From positions 1 to 40,100 of the forward strand of contig NW_013546445.1 of NCBI RefSeq assembly GCF_000760515.2: a stretch of DNA of 40,100 bases, read 5' to 3'. The notes under the pieces were generated by a model that searched no databases, was not told the origin of the DNA, and saw only the letters and a program-made list of their open reading frames with translations. Made by a program: the position numbers and the translations under genes. Shown in pieces: positions 9,444 through 20,356 of this stretch (its first letter is position 1; each line of letters opens with the position of its first letter). This stretch comes from Mitosporidium daphniae (Eukaryota).

Positions 9444-10819
9444 ATGCGATTTTCATGCAGCACACGACAGTTTACAAGAAAATATGGACAGTTTACAAGA
9501 AACTATGGACAATTTGAAAGAAACTATGGACAATTTGAAAGAAACTATGGACAATTTGCTAAATTTCCTCACGACAAAATTCCCTACACCAATCGCCTTA
9601 AACCAACATTTGACCCTTCAGATCCCGAATACAAAGTAGTTCCTGCCTATCGGGTATTGCCTCTCGAAACGATTCCACACTATATATCCAAAAACGTTGC
9701 GCGTCAAATACTTGTCACAATGATAAAAAATAGGGTTTTAGATTCTATTTTGTACAACTTACAGAGGCAAGGAAAAATCGCGTTTTACATGACCTCTCTT
9801 GGCGAAGAGGCTGCCATTGTTGCGTCGACCGCTGCTTTAGCAGATGAGGACGTAATTTTCACGCAATATAGGGAGCAGGCATCTTTTTTGTACAGGGGAT
9901 TTTCTCTTCAAAACCTTGCTGATCAGCTATTTTCAAACGAAGCAGATTCGGGAAAAGGCCGACAAATGCCTCTTCACTATGGATCGATAACACACAATAT
10001 CCATACGGTTTCCTCCGTGCTTGCCACCCAACTTCCTCATGCTGTTGGATCGGCATATTCGCTGAAAATGAACGGAACAAGTAATTGTGAATTTTATATC
10101 GGCAAGAAACAATATCAGCCTGCTATTTTGGCGAAGCAAGCGCAAGCGAAGGGGATTTCCATTCTGCACTGAATTTCGCCGCAACGCTTCAGTGTCCAGT
10201 TTTGTTTTTTTGGTATCGCCAATGGCATTAATTAGTAGCAGAAATAACGGATATGCTATCTCGACGCCTCTTTGTGACCAATATAGGGGCGATGGGATTG
10301 TCTCAAGAGGAATTGGATATGGCATTAAAAGCTTTAGAGTTGATGGGACCGACGCCTTGGCCGTTTTCCATGTATGCTCGGAAGCAAGAACATATGCAAT
10401 CGAAACATCTTTACCCGTTTTAATAGAGCTCATCACATATCGGTAGGCAGGCAAGCTATCTAATGACACTAATTGCAAGAGTTGGGCACCACTCTACTTC
10501 TGACGACTTTACGCTATATAGATCAAAAGAAGAGGTTAAAGATTGGGAGCAAGAAGATACTGACCCTATTCTCAAGTTTAGCAAATGGTATGATCTAGCT
10601 TTTGAGCATCTTGACACGGAGGCTCTAAAAAAAGACACAAAAAAAGAATTATTGCACTGCTTAAAACTAGCAGAGTCAAAGAAAAAACCAAACATCGATG
10701 CATTATTCTGTGACGTTTATGACAATCTCACACCTAATTTAGAATTGCAAAAAAAAGAGCTGAAAAGGTTCTTGATAGAATATCCGCAAGCCATCGATAC
10801 TTCTTGCTTTTCAAAATAG
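9444..10819 (+). CDS. BCKDHA: Branched-chain 2-oxoacid dehydrogenase E1 alpha, mitochondrial
   Basis: Introns 10081-10106, 10213-10238, 10443-10479. Motifs [73 protein letters not shown]. Confidence 0.95.
9466..9558 (+). repeat. Coding tandem repeat, 21-nt unit, about 4.4 copies
   Basis: GACAGTTTACAAGAAAATATG, GACAGTTTACAAGAAACTATG, GACAATTTGAAAGAAACTATG x2, then partial GACAATTTG. Encodes QF(T/E)R(K/N)YG. Confidence 0.95.
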
Positions 10820-10983
10820 CTAGATTTAGTGTCTTGGCCATCACTTCTACATTCTCGCAGCAAATAAAATGGCATTCAAATATTAATCAACTTGCCAAAA
10901 AAGAGTTCAAGTTCAAATTTAGCATTCCGGTCGTGATAACTTTACTATATGTTTGTATATTAACTATTAGAACTTTTCTAGCT

Positions 10984-11055
10984 ACGGCCTTGGCGCAATG
11001 GAAGCGCATTGGAATCCGGATCCAAAGGCTGCGGGTTCAAGTCCCGTGGGTCGTG
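10984..11055 (+). tRNA. tRNA-Arg(CCG)
   Basis: Cloverleaf: acceptor ACGGCCT/GGGTCGT, D stem GCGC/GCGC, anticodon stem TTGGA/TCCAA with loop AT-CCG-GA, T arm GCGGG-TTCAAGT-CCCGT. A T7 run (Pol III terminator) follows. Confidence 0.88.
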
Positions 11056-11085
11056 GAGTTTTTTTATACAATTAGCCACCATTTA

Positions 11086-12228
11086 ATGCGATTACCTCTT
11101 TCGAGTAAAAAAACGTCTCTGCTCCGTGAAAGACTTTCAAGAAATGTTCAGTTTCAATATCAAAATGAGATCATGGGCTTGGTAGCCTCCAGAATAGCAG
11201 GCTCTAACCTCCACTTCCATCCAAAAAGCGTAATCAATCCAATTTCTTCTGCAACCCTATTTTGCTCGATGATAAAAAATTACGCCATTAGAAACAATCA
11301 CTTTTCAAACAATCACATGAAACGGATAGAGGGAATATTGCACCCAAAGAATAAGATCTGGAATACAAATCACTGGCCCGAACCACGAAGGACAGCCGTC
11401 TTTGACACACTTGAAGAAATCAGGACTCGTCTAAAGCTGGATCTTGTCAAAAGAAACTATCTTAAAAAGACATTAAATTTATTTCCATCCTCCGATAGCT
11501 TGCAAGCGCTTTATCGGAGCGCAGATTTTCATTCACGAACGCAATATTCGAAGCAGATGAGTTTGTTGAATATCCTTCAAGCAATGCAGTTTAAAACGGA
11601 TGTCGTCTGCTCGTCTATTTTCCCTCGAACAGCCTCAAGTGCAGATCTATTAAGGGAAAACGCGTCCTCAAGCGCCAGCTCATCCTTCCTGAATGATACA
11701 ATCCAGCGTTCAAACGCACAGGTCTCGCATCTGTGCAATGGCTTGATGTCCGGAGAATTTGGCGATGAAAGCACCAATGCCGGCAATTCGGGATCAGGCC
11801 GCTCTTTGCTAGGTGTCTCCGTAAAGCTAAAGGGAGTGAGAATTGGCGGTGCACTTTCAAGCACATTTCAAAAATCCGTTGGACGGACTTCGATAAACTC
11901 TGTGTTTGGCAGAAAAGGCAAAGGCGGGCTGGTCTTTGAAAAGGCCTCTTGCCAAATAAGGACGAATCAGGGGATTGTTGGGTTGAAATTAACGGTTGTA
12001 TACGCCAAGCAAAGCGATTTGCTGTCCCCAAAATACGAACTTCCCTCTTTTTTGAAGCCCATGGATTCATTACTGCACAGAAATACCGCAAAAAACACTC
12101 CCGTATTTGGCTTTGAAATCGCAAATATAAATGCCGGTCAGACAAACGCTAAAAAGATCGCAATGGACCATGAGCTAAGCGCCGTTCTGTCCTCCTATGT
12201 AAAACCATCCTCTGGCCAAGTTGAATAA
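11086..12228 (+). CDS. Putative nucleus-encoded mitochondrial ribosomal protein uS3m (Rps3/Var1-like)
   Basis: ATG 11086, downstream of the tRNA. Basic/Ser presequence-like N-terminus. C-terminal LLGVSVKLKGVRIGGALSSTFQKSVG...FEKASCQIRTNQGIVGLKLTVVY resembles the S3 C-terminal domain (G.ki...GR..Ga......G......dya......t..G..G.Kv.i). Confidence 0.6.
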   Translation: MRLPLSSKKTSLLRERLSRNVQFQYQNEIMGLVASRIAGSNLHFHPKSVINPISSATLFCSMIKNYAIRNNHFSNNHMKRIEGILHPKNKIWNTNHWPEPRRTAVFDTLEEIRTRLKLDLVKRNYLKKTLNLFPSSDSLQALYRSADFHSRTQYSKQMSLLNILQAMQFKTDVVCSSIFPRTASSADLLRENASSSASSSFLNDTIQRSNAQVSHLCNGLMSGEFGDESTNAGNSGSGRSLLGVSVKLKGVRIGGALSSTFQKSVGRTSINSVFGRKGKGGLVFEKASCQIRTNQGIVGLKLTVVYAKQSDLLSPKYELPSFLKPMDSLLHRNTAKNTPVFGFEIANINAGQTNAKKIAMDHELSAVLSSYVKPSSGQVE

Positions 12229-12256
12229 TTTTAATTTATAAATTTTCAATTCTGTC

Positions 12257-12998
12257 ATGGCTACAAATAGGAATGGGATGTTGCTTCGTACAAATAGATT
12301 CATGAATGGACTTTCATGGACGAATAGGTATTTCTCTACATCCACATCTGGATGTTCAGCCGAACCTGCAGCTAGCGCTCTTCCCTCAAAGCCGCTTGAT
12401 ATGTATATGCTACGCATTCCGTCATTTGCAACCCCCTTTGAAGCAGTCTATTCCAACATTTGTGCAATGAAACATCGATTATCCCTATGGACGAATCTCA
12501 GAATGCGCAGGCAGTTAGAAATCGACTCGAGTGAGCTTTATTCCATTGGAAGCAATGAGATGAAATGGCAGCGAGCACAAGAGGCGCAGCTATGTTTTCA
12601 GCGCCACATTGCTGTCGTACAAGGGGTCCCTAATGCAGCTCTTGGGGTCAACAGAGTGGTAACTCTCTCCTTCAATCCAGATAACTTATTTCCTGAAAAT
12701 CGGAATGCTGTCCACGCTGTCCGGCTGCTTTGTGGTCATAGATACAGCCCGTTTACAAATATGGTAACCATCAAGGCAGATCGATTTCCGTTTCAGGAGC
12801 AAAATAGAAAATTCTTGAGAGACACGATTTATAGACTAAAGGAGGCGGCCATGGTATTTTTATCGTCTTGCTAACGAATAGAAACATGCAGAAGAGTATA
12901 AAGACATACCACTAAAGGAGAATGTCCAGAAAAAAGTGACCCAATTCTCCTTCCCTGATGCCTTAGCCAAAGAGCTAGAGAGAAAAAATAATAAATAA
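12257..12998 (+). CDS. RSM24: Mitochondrial small-subunit ribosomal protein mS35 (Rsm24/MRP-S28 domain)
   Basis: Presequence, then NRVVTLSF...HAVRLLCGHRY......IKADRFPFQEQNRKFL. A 28-nt intron (12854-12881, CTAAC branch site) leads to YKDIPL...FSFP. Confidence 0.75.
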
Positions 12999-13001
12999 GG
13001 T

Positions 13002-13814
13002 TCATTTGAGCAGCATGGAGCGGCAAAAAGCCACCCTTAAATTCAAGTCTGAGATTGGTGCTCTGTTCTCAATATGAAATCCAAAAAGAAAAACCGATCC
13101 TTGGCCATATGTTGAAGAGACAACAGCAGGCAGCATCTCGCCAGCCATGTCGTACCAAGCGTGTATATGGCAGGGGAAACGAATATCCTGGAAATGAGGC
13201 CCACCATTATAATGGGCTAAGAATCCCAAATCCGACCAAATGCTAACAGTATCCGTGCAATAAAGAGACGGCATTTCATGATCCAACCTAATTGCGGTAG
13301 GAACCTTTACTTGCTGTTCGGAGCGCTCTGCCGATATTTCATCACCAACCATAGGATAATTGTAATGAAATGTGCCTGGAAACAGAGATCCAACAGCGAC
13401 ACATGGTACCAAATTCCATCTTGGACCGATAACTTCGTATGGGCTATTTCCCTCTTCAAAACGAATAAAAGATGAGGCCACATATGCGCCTGCGCATATC
13501 CCAATATAAATTCCACCAGTCGTAAGATATTTTTTGAGGTTATCAAGATTTCGACCGCTAAAATCCTGCACGAATGGTTGATCGCGTCCTCCAGGTATAA
13601 TAAAGAAAGACGTTGACGATGAGTTGTACCAGTGTTCATTAGAATTCATCTCCGCAGTGGTAAGAGGCATAATTAGATAATCGACTTTGGGATGGAGCAG
13701 TTTCAGCACGAGCCCAAAAAAATCACAAATCTCAGAAAATGAGTTAACACATGTTCCACGACCTTGGTATACATATACAAGTTTCGATTCTGAGATAGGT
13801 TGGATTTTGGCGAT
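13002..13814 (-). CDS. Stand-alone BPL_N (class I glutamine amidotransferase-like) protein; start codon uncertain
   Basis: Frame is open from 13838 to the stop at 13002. LVYVYQGRGT, IIPGGRDQPF, GGIYIGICAGAY, YNGGPHF, PAVV...YGQGSVFLFGFHIE match the N-terminal domain of fungal biotin-protein ligase. No catalytic BPL domain follows. Confidence 0.8.
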   Translation of the reverse strand: MAKIQPISESKLVYVYQGRGTCVNSFSEICDFFGLVLKLLHPKVDYLIMPLTTAEMNSNEHWYNSSSTSFFIIPGGRDQPFVQDFSGRNLDNLKKYLTTGGIYIGICAGAYVASSFIRFEEGNSPYEVIGPRWNLVPCVAVGSLFPGTFHYNYPMVGDEISAERSEQQVKVPTAIRLDHEMPSLYCTDTVSIWSDLGFLAHYNGGPHFQDIRFPCHIHAWYDMAGEMLPAVVSSTYGQGSVFLFGFHIENRAPISDLNLRVAFCRSMLLK

Positions 13815-13850
13815 GTTGGGTTGTTTGTGCGAAATTTTTTAGAAAAACCA

Positions 13851-14532
13851 ATGGCTTTTCTCACCCTTGTCCGCAAAATCAAGCTCAAGGAGCGGGAAAT
13901 GCGGTTACTCTTATTGTATGCCTCGATATTAACATCTAGGGGTCTTGATGCGTCTGGAAAGTCTACTATCCTTAACTCTCTCATTCACGAGGATCCACTT
14001 GACGTCTCGCCGACATTGGGATTCCAAATCCGCACTGTGCCATTTTTTGATGACCAGTAGGTGTTTATTTGGCTTCCCTTGCACAATAGGTATCAGGTGC
14101 ACATCTGGGACATTGGGGGCCAGGTCTCTTTGCGCCCATTCTGGCGGAATTACTATGAAATGACCGATGGACTTGTATGGGTGATCGATGGGGCAAGTTC
14201 GCCACAGCGAATTCTCGAGTCAAAAAAAATGCTGCATGAAGTCCTGGCATCATCATCCTCATTATCGGGGGCTTCATTGCTTATTTTTTTAAATAAGATG
14301 GATCTTCCCAATCCGATTTCACCTAAAGAGCTAGAAGAGGTATGGTGGATACACTACTTTCCAGTAGCTTTTGGACTTCTCTGCAATAAGGGGTCATCGA
14401 TGGCACATTCAGCCGTGCTCAGCAATACTTTCACAAAATGTACAACAGGGATTTGATTGGGTCGTCCAAGAAATAGCTTCCCGTACATTTGGAGCTCTGG
14501 TGAATTCCAAGTCTCATGAGTTACACGAATGA
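13851..14532 (+). CDS. ARL2: ADP-ribosylation factor-like GTPase Arl2 (Cin4/Alp41)
   Basis: Introns 13916-13939, 14057-14089, 14340-14367. MAFLTLVRKIKLKEREMRLLLLGLDASGKST, SPTLGFQI, WDIGGQVSLRPFWRNYYE.TDGLVWVID, NKMD, CSA. Confidence 0.93.
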
Positions 14533-14722
14533 CAAGGTCCATGGATCCTACCAGGGAACCTTTAGACATTAGCATCGCATAGTCTTACCAAAGAAAATAA
14601 AATGCCTTCTTCTTCCGCCTTGCGTACACTTTAAAGCGCCCACTTTATAATAAATCTCTGGAGCTTTAGGGCCACCACCCCTCGAACGAAAATATTTTAT
14701 TTGAACAGCAAGTAGTCCTTAT

Positions 14723-16932
14723 CTACTTAATGGCTAGGATATGGTCGAGAAGCATATTGCTTTCTTGGATGAGGGGCACTGGATTGATCGAGATTACTGA
14801 TAGGCGCATTTTCATTTCGCCCTGGTAGGTTTCTTGCTTGGCTCGTAGCTTGAAGCGCCATGTTGAAAAGTTAGCTTTCTTGAAGACCCGATCAAAAGCA
14901 GCAAGGTCACTCTCTCGCATTTTCACAAGATCTGAGGCAGGAAGCCCAAGAAGCTGCTCTCCAGCCTCATTGAAAGCATTCTAGGATGGGAAATGAAAAG
15001 GTTACCACCCAGCTTTGTCCGGTATGATCAGCCACATGTATGGAGAGAACGTAGCGGTAATTACAAGTATCATATGTTCGTTGGCATTTTTCGCATCGGA
15101 AGAGCGACGGCCCGACCTCAATTACCTTCTTTTGGCACTGGACATTTCCTTCAGAAAGCCCTGGGCAGGCAGCATATGCCACCATGCCATCAAACTTGAT
15201 GAAAGTGATTGTAGCCACAATGTCGGTATATTCGGCCTATGATTACGGCATAATTTGATTACCTTTTCATGAAACTGTGGTTCTTCCCGCATAAACTGAG
15301 ACAGAGTCCTTCGCTCACCGATCGAGGTAGAAAAGGATGATCCGCTAGCTGCAGAAATGCTTTGAGAATTATCGTCACCCAAGCCGCTGCCCGCGCTGAG
15401 GTTGCGAATAGCTGCTGTGCGCGCAATAGAGGCGCCGACAGAATCATACCATCCGCGAAGCGTCAAGGCCTCTTCTATATCGGTCGGTTGCAACAAGATT
15501 TGCGAAGAACTAACAAGAGAAAGCGTGCGGCCAGACCAATCAGAGACCTTTGCCCCTTTTATAGCTAAAACTGGCTCTGATCGCCAATCAGACCCTTCCG
15601 CCTCTTCTGCCTGTTTTCCCCAAAGCGTGGCTCTAATAGAGGCATTTGAAGCATCAACAAGTACAAGGTCCCTTCGAGTTATTTGTTTGCCTGTTGATTT
15701 AGCAACAATAGTGGAGCATGGATGGACATCAAGAACGATTCCAATTACATCTACAATGGCGTCTTTTGGATATTCCGCGATTTTTGAAATTGGAACGATA
15801 GAGTATGTGGGTGCAGGTACAGATGCCGCCTCTGTACCTAAAAGTGGCTTGATAACTGTGTCTTTTTCAAGAGTGAGGTCGTAGGGATTAGCGTTGGCAG
15901 CAGATGCTGCTGAGGTGGATGCAGCACCAAATCCCCTCTTTGCAATCTTCACTTGTCCCTTGGAAATGGAATAGACTCGACCCACTTCAAAAAGTGGGAA
16001 GAATTGCGTCACCGCGTCATTGAAGGCAGTTGCTCTTATTTCGCCTGAAGCGTCCATGAGAGTTAGCGAAAAAACTTTTCCTTGTCCACGAGCATTTGTG
16101 AATACACGGATGTCTTGCTTTGAGATACATCTTGCTTTTATGGTCCAGCGATTATTGTAAGGCGATAAGGAAGCAATTGGAGTGTAGTCTGATGAAGCAT
16201 CCAATGAGCCATATGATACACCGTTGGGGATCAACGATGGAGCCTTAGATTTCGGAGTTAGAAGTGGTGGTATCGAACTGCTAGAAGCAGGGCTTTCCAT
16301 GGTCGAAAATGGCATGTTTGAAGAAGGTGGATCTGAGGAAACAAGGGATGCTGAGCCAAATACGTGAGATTCAGAAGCTACTGCACAAGGGCCGCCAGAA
16401 GCCGAATGGGAGGGAGAAGGCGAAAACGATGGCGATGGGAGAACCGTATTTTGCGCGCCTGAAGAGGCTGGGTTTGTCTTTCCAGCAACAAGTTCTTCAA
16501 TATTAATGGGATTTCCTATTTTTGAATTGAGGGAAACAATTTTCTCGGGCACAATGTCTAGAACGATTAAAATCTTTCTCTCTTTGACGAGAGAGCATGT
16601 AAACTTTCTCAAATAGACAAGAGAATTTAAAGAAATGCGGCCATCTTCTACAAATGGATTCAAATTTGCAGCGAGCATCCCTATGACAATTAATGGGATC
16701 ACGAACCTTGGAAGTATGCAACGCCATCTGAAAAAATCACACGATAGCGATCTTGGATGGCGCCGGAATTTGGACCGGAGGGAACCGGGCCCGACAATTT
16801 CTTTAAATGAATGATTTGTAGCACAGGGTTGACGTACGATGGATGATTCTTGTCATCCTTAAAAATTGCTTCAACCGTCCCTGGAGTAAGGGAAGCCATG
16901 GAAATGGGAATGGAAGAGCTGTTGGCCATCAT
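14723..16932 (-). CDS. RFA1: Replication protein A 70-kDa subunit
   Basis: Introns 16681-16706, 15237-15262, 14981-15005. N-terminal OB fold (DRYRVIFSDG), PIASLSPYNNRWTIKAR, GEIRATAFN, zinc finger YAACP..CQKKV..RCEKC. Confidence 0.95.
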
Positions 16933-16950
16933 TATTTAAATTAAAAATAA

Positions 16951-17035
16951 TCTCGAAAGCCGGATTTGAACCAGCGACCTATAGATATCAGCTTTCAACT
17001 ACAGTCTACCGCTCTACCAACTGAGCTATTTCGAG
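16951..17035 (-). tRNA. tRNA-Tyr(GTA) with a 12-nt intron
   Basis: CTCGAAA-TA-GCTC-AGTTGGTA-GAGC-G-GTAGA-CT-GTA-G[TTGAAAGCTGAT]A-TCTAT-AGGTC-GCTGG-TTCAAAT-CCGGC-TTTCGAG-A. Intron at the canonical 37/38 position. Confidence 0.93.
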
Positions 17036-17108
17036 GTCAAAATATGCAGATAAAGACTGATTTGTATAATAACAATTATGATAAATTTTATTTTACATCA
17101 GAATTTAC

Positions 17109-18311
17109 ATGATGGAAGATAAAGAGCTGGCTCTTTCTCGTGCACAGGCAAATTTGGTGTTCAAGTCTCTTCGTTCGATCCCTGGAAATAATGCATGCTT
17201 TGAATGCTCACTTAGTAGGTTTTAATTTATAACCCGGTATCCTAGGTGGTCCCACATGGGCCTCTGTTTCTTTTGGAATCTTTCTTTGCATGAATTGCTC
17301 TGCCCTACATCGAGCGCTTGGGGTCCATGTTTCGTACGTTAGATCAACTCTTCTTGACGACTGGACGCTTCGGCAGATTAGACGCATGAAAGTTGGTGGA
17401 AATGCGATGATGGAAAGATCGGCTCTATCGAAAAGTATTTGGCTTTACATTTATTTTTAGCTGATGATATCAGCCTTCGATACTCAGGCCCCGCTGCAAC
17501 GTCTTTTAAAAGTCAGCTGGATGAACTCGCCGAAAAGGATGCGCAAAAATTTCCCTCTGTTGATGGATTTATCCAATCGCTTCAGCCATCGTCTCCTTAT
17601 CCTTCCCTGATCTCTGTAAACACGCCGTGTGACACGCCGCAGTATACGGCTGGAAATTCTCATGGGTCGCGTCTTACAAAACTGGGGATTAAAAAATCGC
17701 TTATTACGACGGACAAAAATTCATCCCCCTCACCTATAGACTTTGACCAGCTAACCCAGAAAGCAGCTGAAGTCTCGTTATCCAAATCTCCGTTCTCTGC
17801 AAGTTCGCCAAAATCCATACCTGGCCAAACCCAATCTGCATCTTCATCTATTTCCCAAGAGCCGCTATTTGCGACCAGCTTTTGCCAAGAAGGCGAATCT
17901 GATGATCGCCTTGGAATGGGCAACATGAGACGACATAAACTTGCTCCTAATTCGGGCTCGTCAGTCTCGTCTTCCTCGTTGTCAAAAGATACTAGAGGCA
18001 CATCTTCAAGTGATTATTTCTCCTCCAATAAAGAGCATGAGGAACGCCAATCCTTAGAACGCCTACGTAGCCTACAAGGGGCCCAATCGATTTCCTCTGA
18101 AGATTTCGACCCTAGCCCCGCCAACACTGTAAACAAGCATAACTCATTATCACCCTCAAGTAGCTTTAATGATCTTACTCAAGCAGGGATTGAAACGCTC
18201 AAAGATTTCCTGTCCAAATCCAAGTCAAAGGTGCGAAACATTGAATTTTATTTGTAGATTTATACCACGATCAGCAACTACTCGTCTTCACCACCCACAC
18301 GCAGATATTAG
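17109..18311 (+). CDS. GLO3: ArfGAP, Glo3/ArfGAP2-3 type
   Basis: Introns 17215-17245, 17435-17460, 18231-18257. CFEC...[38 protein letters not shown]...MKVGGN, plus Glo3-type repeats TSSSDYF and AQSISSEDF. Confidence 0.85.
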
Positions 18312-18382
18312 TTTACCCCGAGACCGTCGACCAATAAAATTTGGCATAAAAATATTTGTCTGAAATTATTAATTTACTTGAA

Positions 18383-20207
18383 ATGATTGTCTTTGGGGAT
18401 AATCTGCTAGGGAACGCATCGGCCGCCAATGATTCCCTTGTAACGGTTTCCCCAGAGCTGAATTCATCCTGCAACACGGCCGGGAAAAAAAATCGAATTG
18501 GGGGGGAATCGACCTGTTTGCATTATGACCAATTGTCATATGCCTCCAGGCTTTTCATTGCAAAGACACTTGTATTTTTCCTCCGTCTCTCAATGAACTT
18601 GCCATTGCAGTTTGACAGTAATTTAGATAGCCCTTACACGTAGGACTTAAATGCAGCGCCTGCACGCATCTTGGCAAGGCAACTCGAAACATGCTGGTTT
18701 GTCTGCAATGTTCTCTGATGTTTTGCGGTGGATCCCTGGGACTGAAGAAAGACAAGCACTCTTTTTTTATGGAATGTTCGTTTAACCATTACCAGACCGA
18801 CAACCATGCCATTTGTATGTGATTGTAGAGCTTATTTTTGTTTAGTCTTTGAGTTGCGCTCGTGCTCGCTTCTTTGCTTTCTTTGTAAAGGGCTGATTGG
18901 CTCAACTGTTTTCACTCAGCTTTTGACTCTTGCGACTCGCCAAAGGTCCTCGCAGGCAGCCCCATTGCCCACAAACGTTGCCCCGCTTGGGCTTTACAAC
19001 CTCGGAAAGACGTGCTTCCTTAATTGTATTTTGCAGGTTTCTTTTCTAAACAATCCGTGCCTTCAAAGATTTTTTTTGTCTTCTGGACATGCCTCCCATG
19101 AATTTTCATTGAAAAATGAAGCAAAGTAAGTTTGGTCACTTTTTTTAGGGTGCTTGATTTGTGGACAAATATTTCCACATTGACTGAGGAGATTCAATCG
19201 GAGTGCATTGCCTGTTTATTTGATCTGCTTTTCCAATCGGTAAGTGTTTATCTGGTTGTAACCCTAGTATGCCATTAACAGTGCCAGTTTAAGGCCTTCT
19301 TCTTCTTCCTCTTCTCCAAAACAGCCTGCCATAATAACATCTCCAATGGCGGTCCCAATATCGCCCACTTCTCTTCTTTGCTCTTTGTGGAACCTGACAG
19401 CCACATGCTCTTCGTCCATTTCTGCCGACATATATGACGTACACCCTGGTCCGGACCTGACAGGCTACTTGCAACAAGATGCCCATGAGGCCTATATCTG
19501 TTTGCTATCGCGGCTGCACTCTGCACTGTCTGTAAGAAACAATTTTGTAAAAAATGATCCATGCTCATGCATAATCCATGATGTGTTTGGAGGAAAGCTA
19601 GCATCCACCATCTCATGCCCCGCATGTGGATACTCCTCAACAACATATGACTCTTTTTTGGATTTATCTTTGGCCATCTCTATCCCCAGCTTAGGACCGC
19701 TAAGCCTAATCAAGTCAATTGAACACTTTTTATCTCCAGAACACATTGATGATTCTTGTCCAAACTACTCGCTCGGAAAGTGTTCTGGATCCCCTAAATT
19801 GGGGAGTGGAGGTCTTTTGAAAAGCTTCAAGCTCACCAAACTACCACAAACGCTTTGTCTGCATTTAAAGGTCGGAATGTACAATCTTACTAATCGATTA
19901 GCGATTTGAGCACTCCAAAGATAGTGCCAGAAAGATCGATACGCTCATCAACTTTCCGTTACAAATTGATATGAGGTCGTTTATTGATGAGCCAATGGCC
20001 AAAATATACTATGAATATTCACTCTTGGGTGTTATTCTTCACTCTGGAAGCATCAACTCCGGCCATTATACTTCTTTTGTTAGAGTTGGGGAGACATGGT
20101 TCAAGGCTGATGATTCCTCCATTACCCAGGTGAGTGTAGAAAGCATTCACTCTTCAAACCCATATATTCTCTTCTATATTCAACGTGCTCATGACACAAG
20201 CGGGTAG
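18383..20207 (+). CDS. UBP8: Ubiquitin-specific protease with N-terminal zf-UBP (Ubp8/USP22-like)
   Basis: Introns 18618-18643, 18815-18845, 19126-19148, 19240-19267, 19871-19901. CSAC..VCLQC..FC..H..H..CFLC; Cys box GLYNLGKTCFLNCILQ; GYLQQDAHE; CSCIIHDVFGG; His box HSGSINSGHY; WFKADDS. Confidence 0.85.
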
Positions 20208-20356
20208 GGGCGTTTTCTAATTTATTTGGTTGCAATGTTTGGCAACCCGCGCCCCTTCCTCGTTCCGCTTCTTTCCCTTTCCCTGCTTTCCATAATCCAT
20301 TAGAGTCGCCGATAAACATATAATAAATATTTATTTTATCGACCTTTTAATGACGA

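Noticed and set aside
9164..9463. 99-aa minus-strand ORF and the many other short antisense or shifted ORFs in the track
   Set aside because: They shadow real genes or promoters, often have non-ATG starts, and show no motifs.
9466..9558. CRISPR-like appearance of the 21-nt repeat
   Set aside because: No spacers, in-frame coding, eukaryotic context, no cas genes.
10127..10156. GEAS instead of GEGA in the BCKDH ThDP-binding motif
   Set aside because: Small-residue substitution with all other catalytic motifs intact; not enough to claim altered function.
10804..11085. N-terminal 94 codons of the 474-aa ORF
   Set aside because: It starts at a TTG inside BCKDH and runs through a well-formed tRNA-Arg and its terminator. 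The real start is most likely ATG 11086.
14533..14722. 190-bp ARL2/RFA1 convergent spacer as an ncRNA
   Set aside because: No C/D or H/ACA boxes, Sm site or convincing stem found. AATAAA on both strands fits ordinary 3' UTRs.
20208..20356. GGTTGC-N8-GCAACC hairpin and pyrimidine tract after UBP8
   Set aside because: A 6-bp stem is expected by chance, and bacterial-type terminators are not relevant here.
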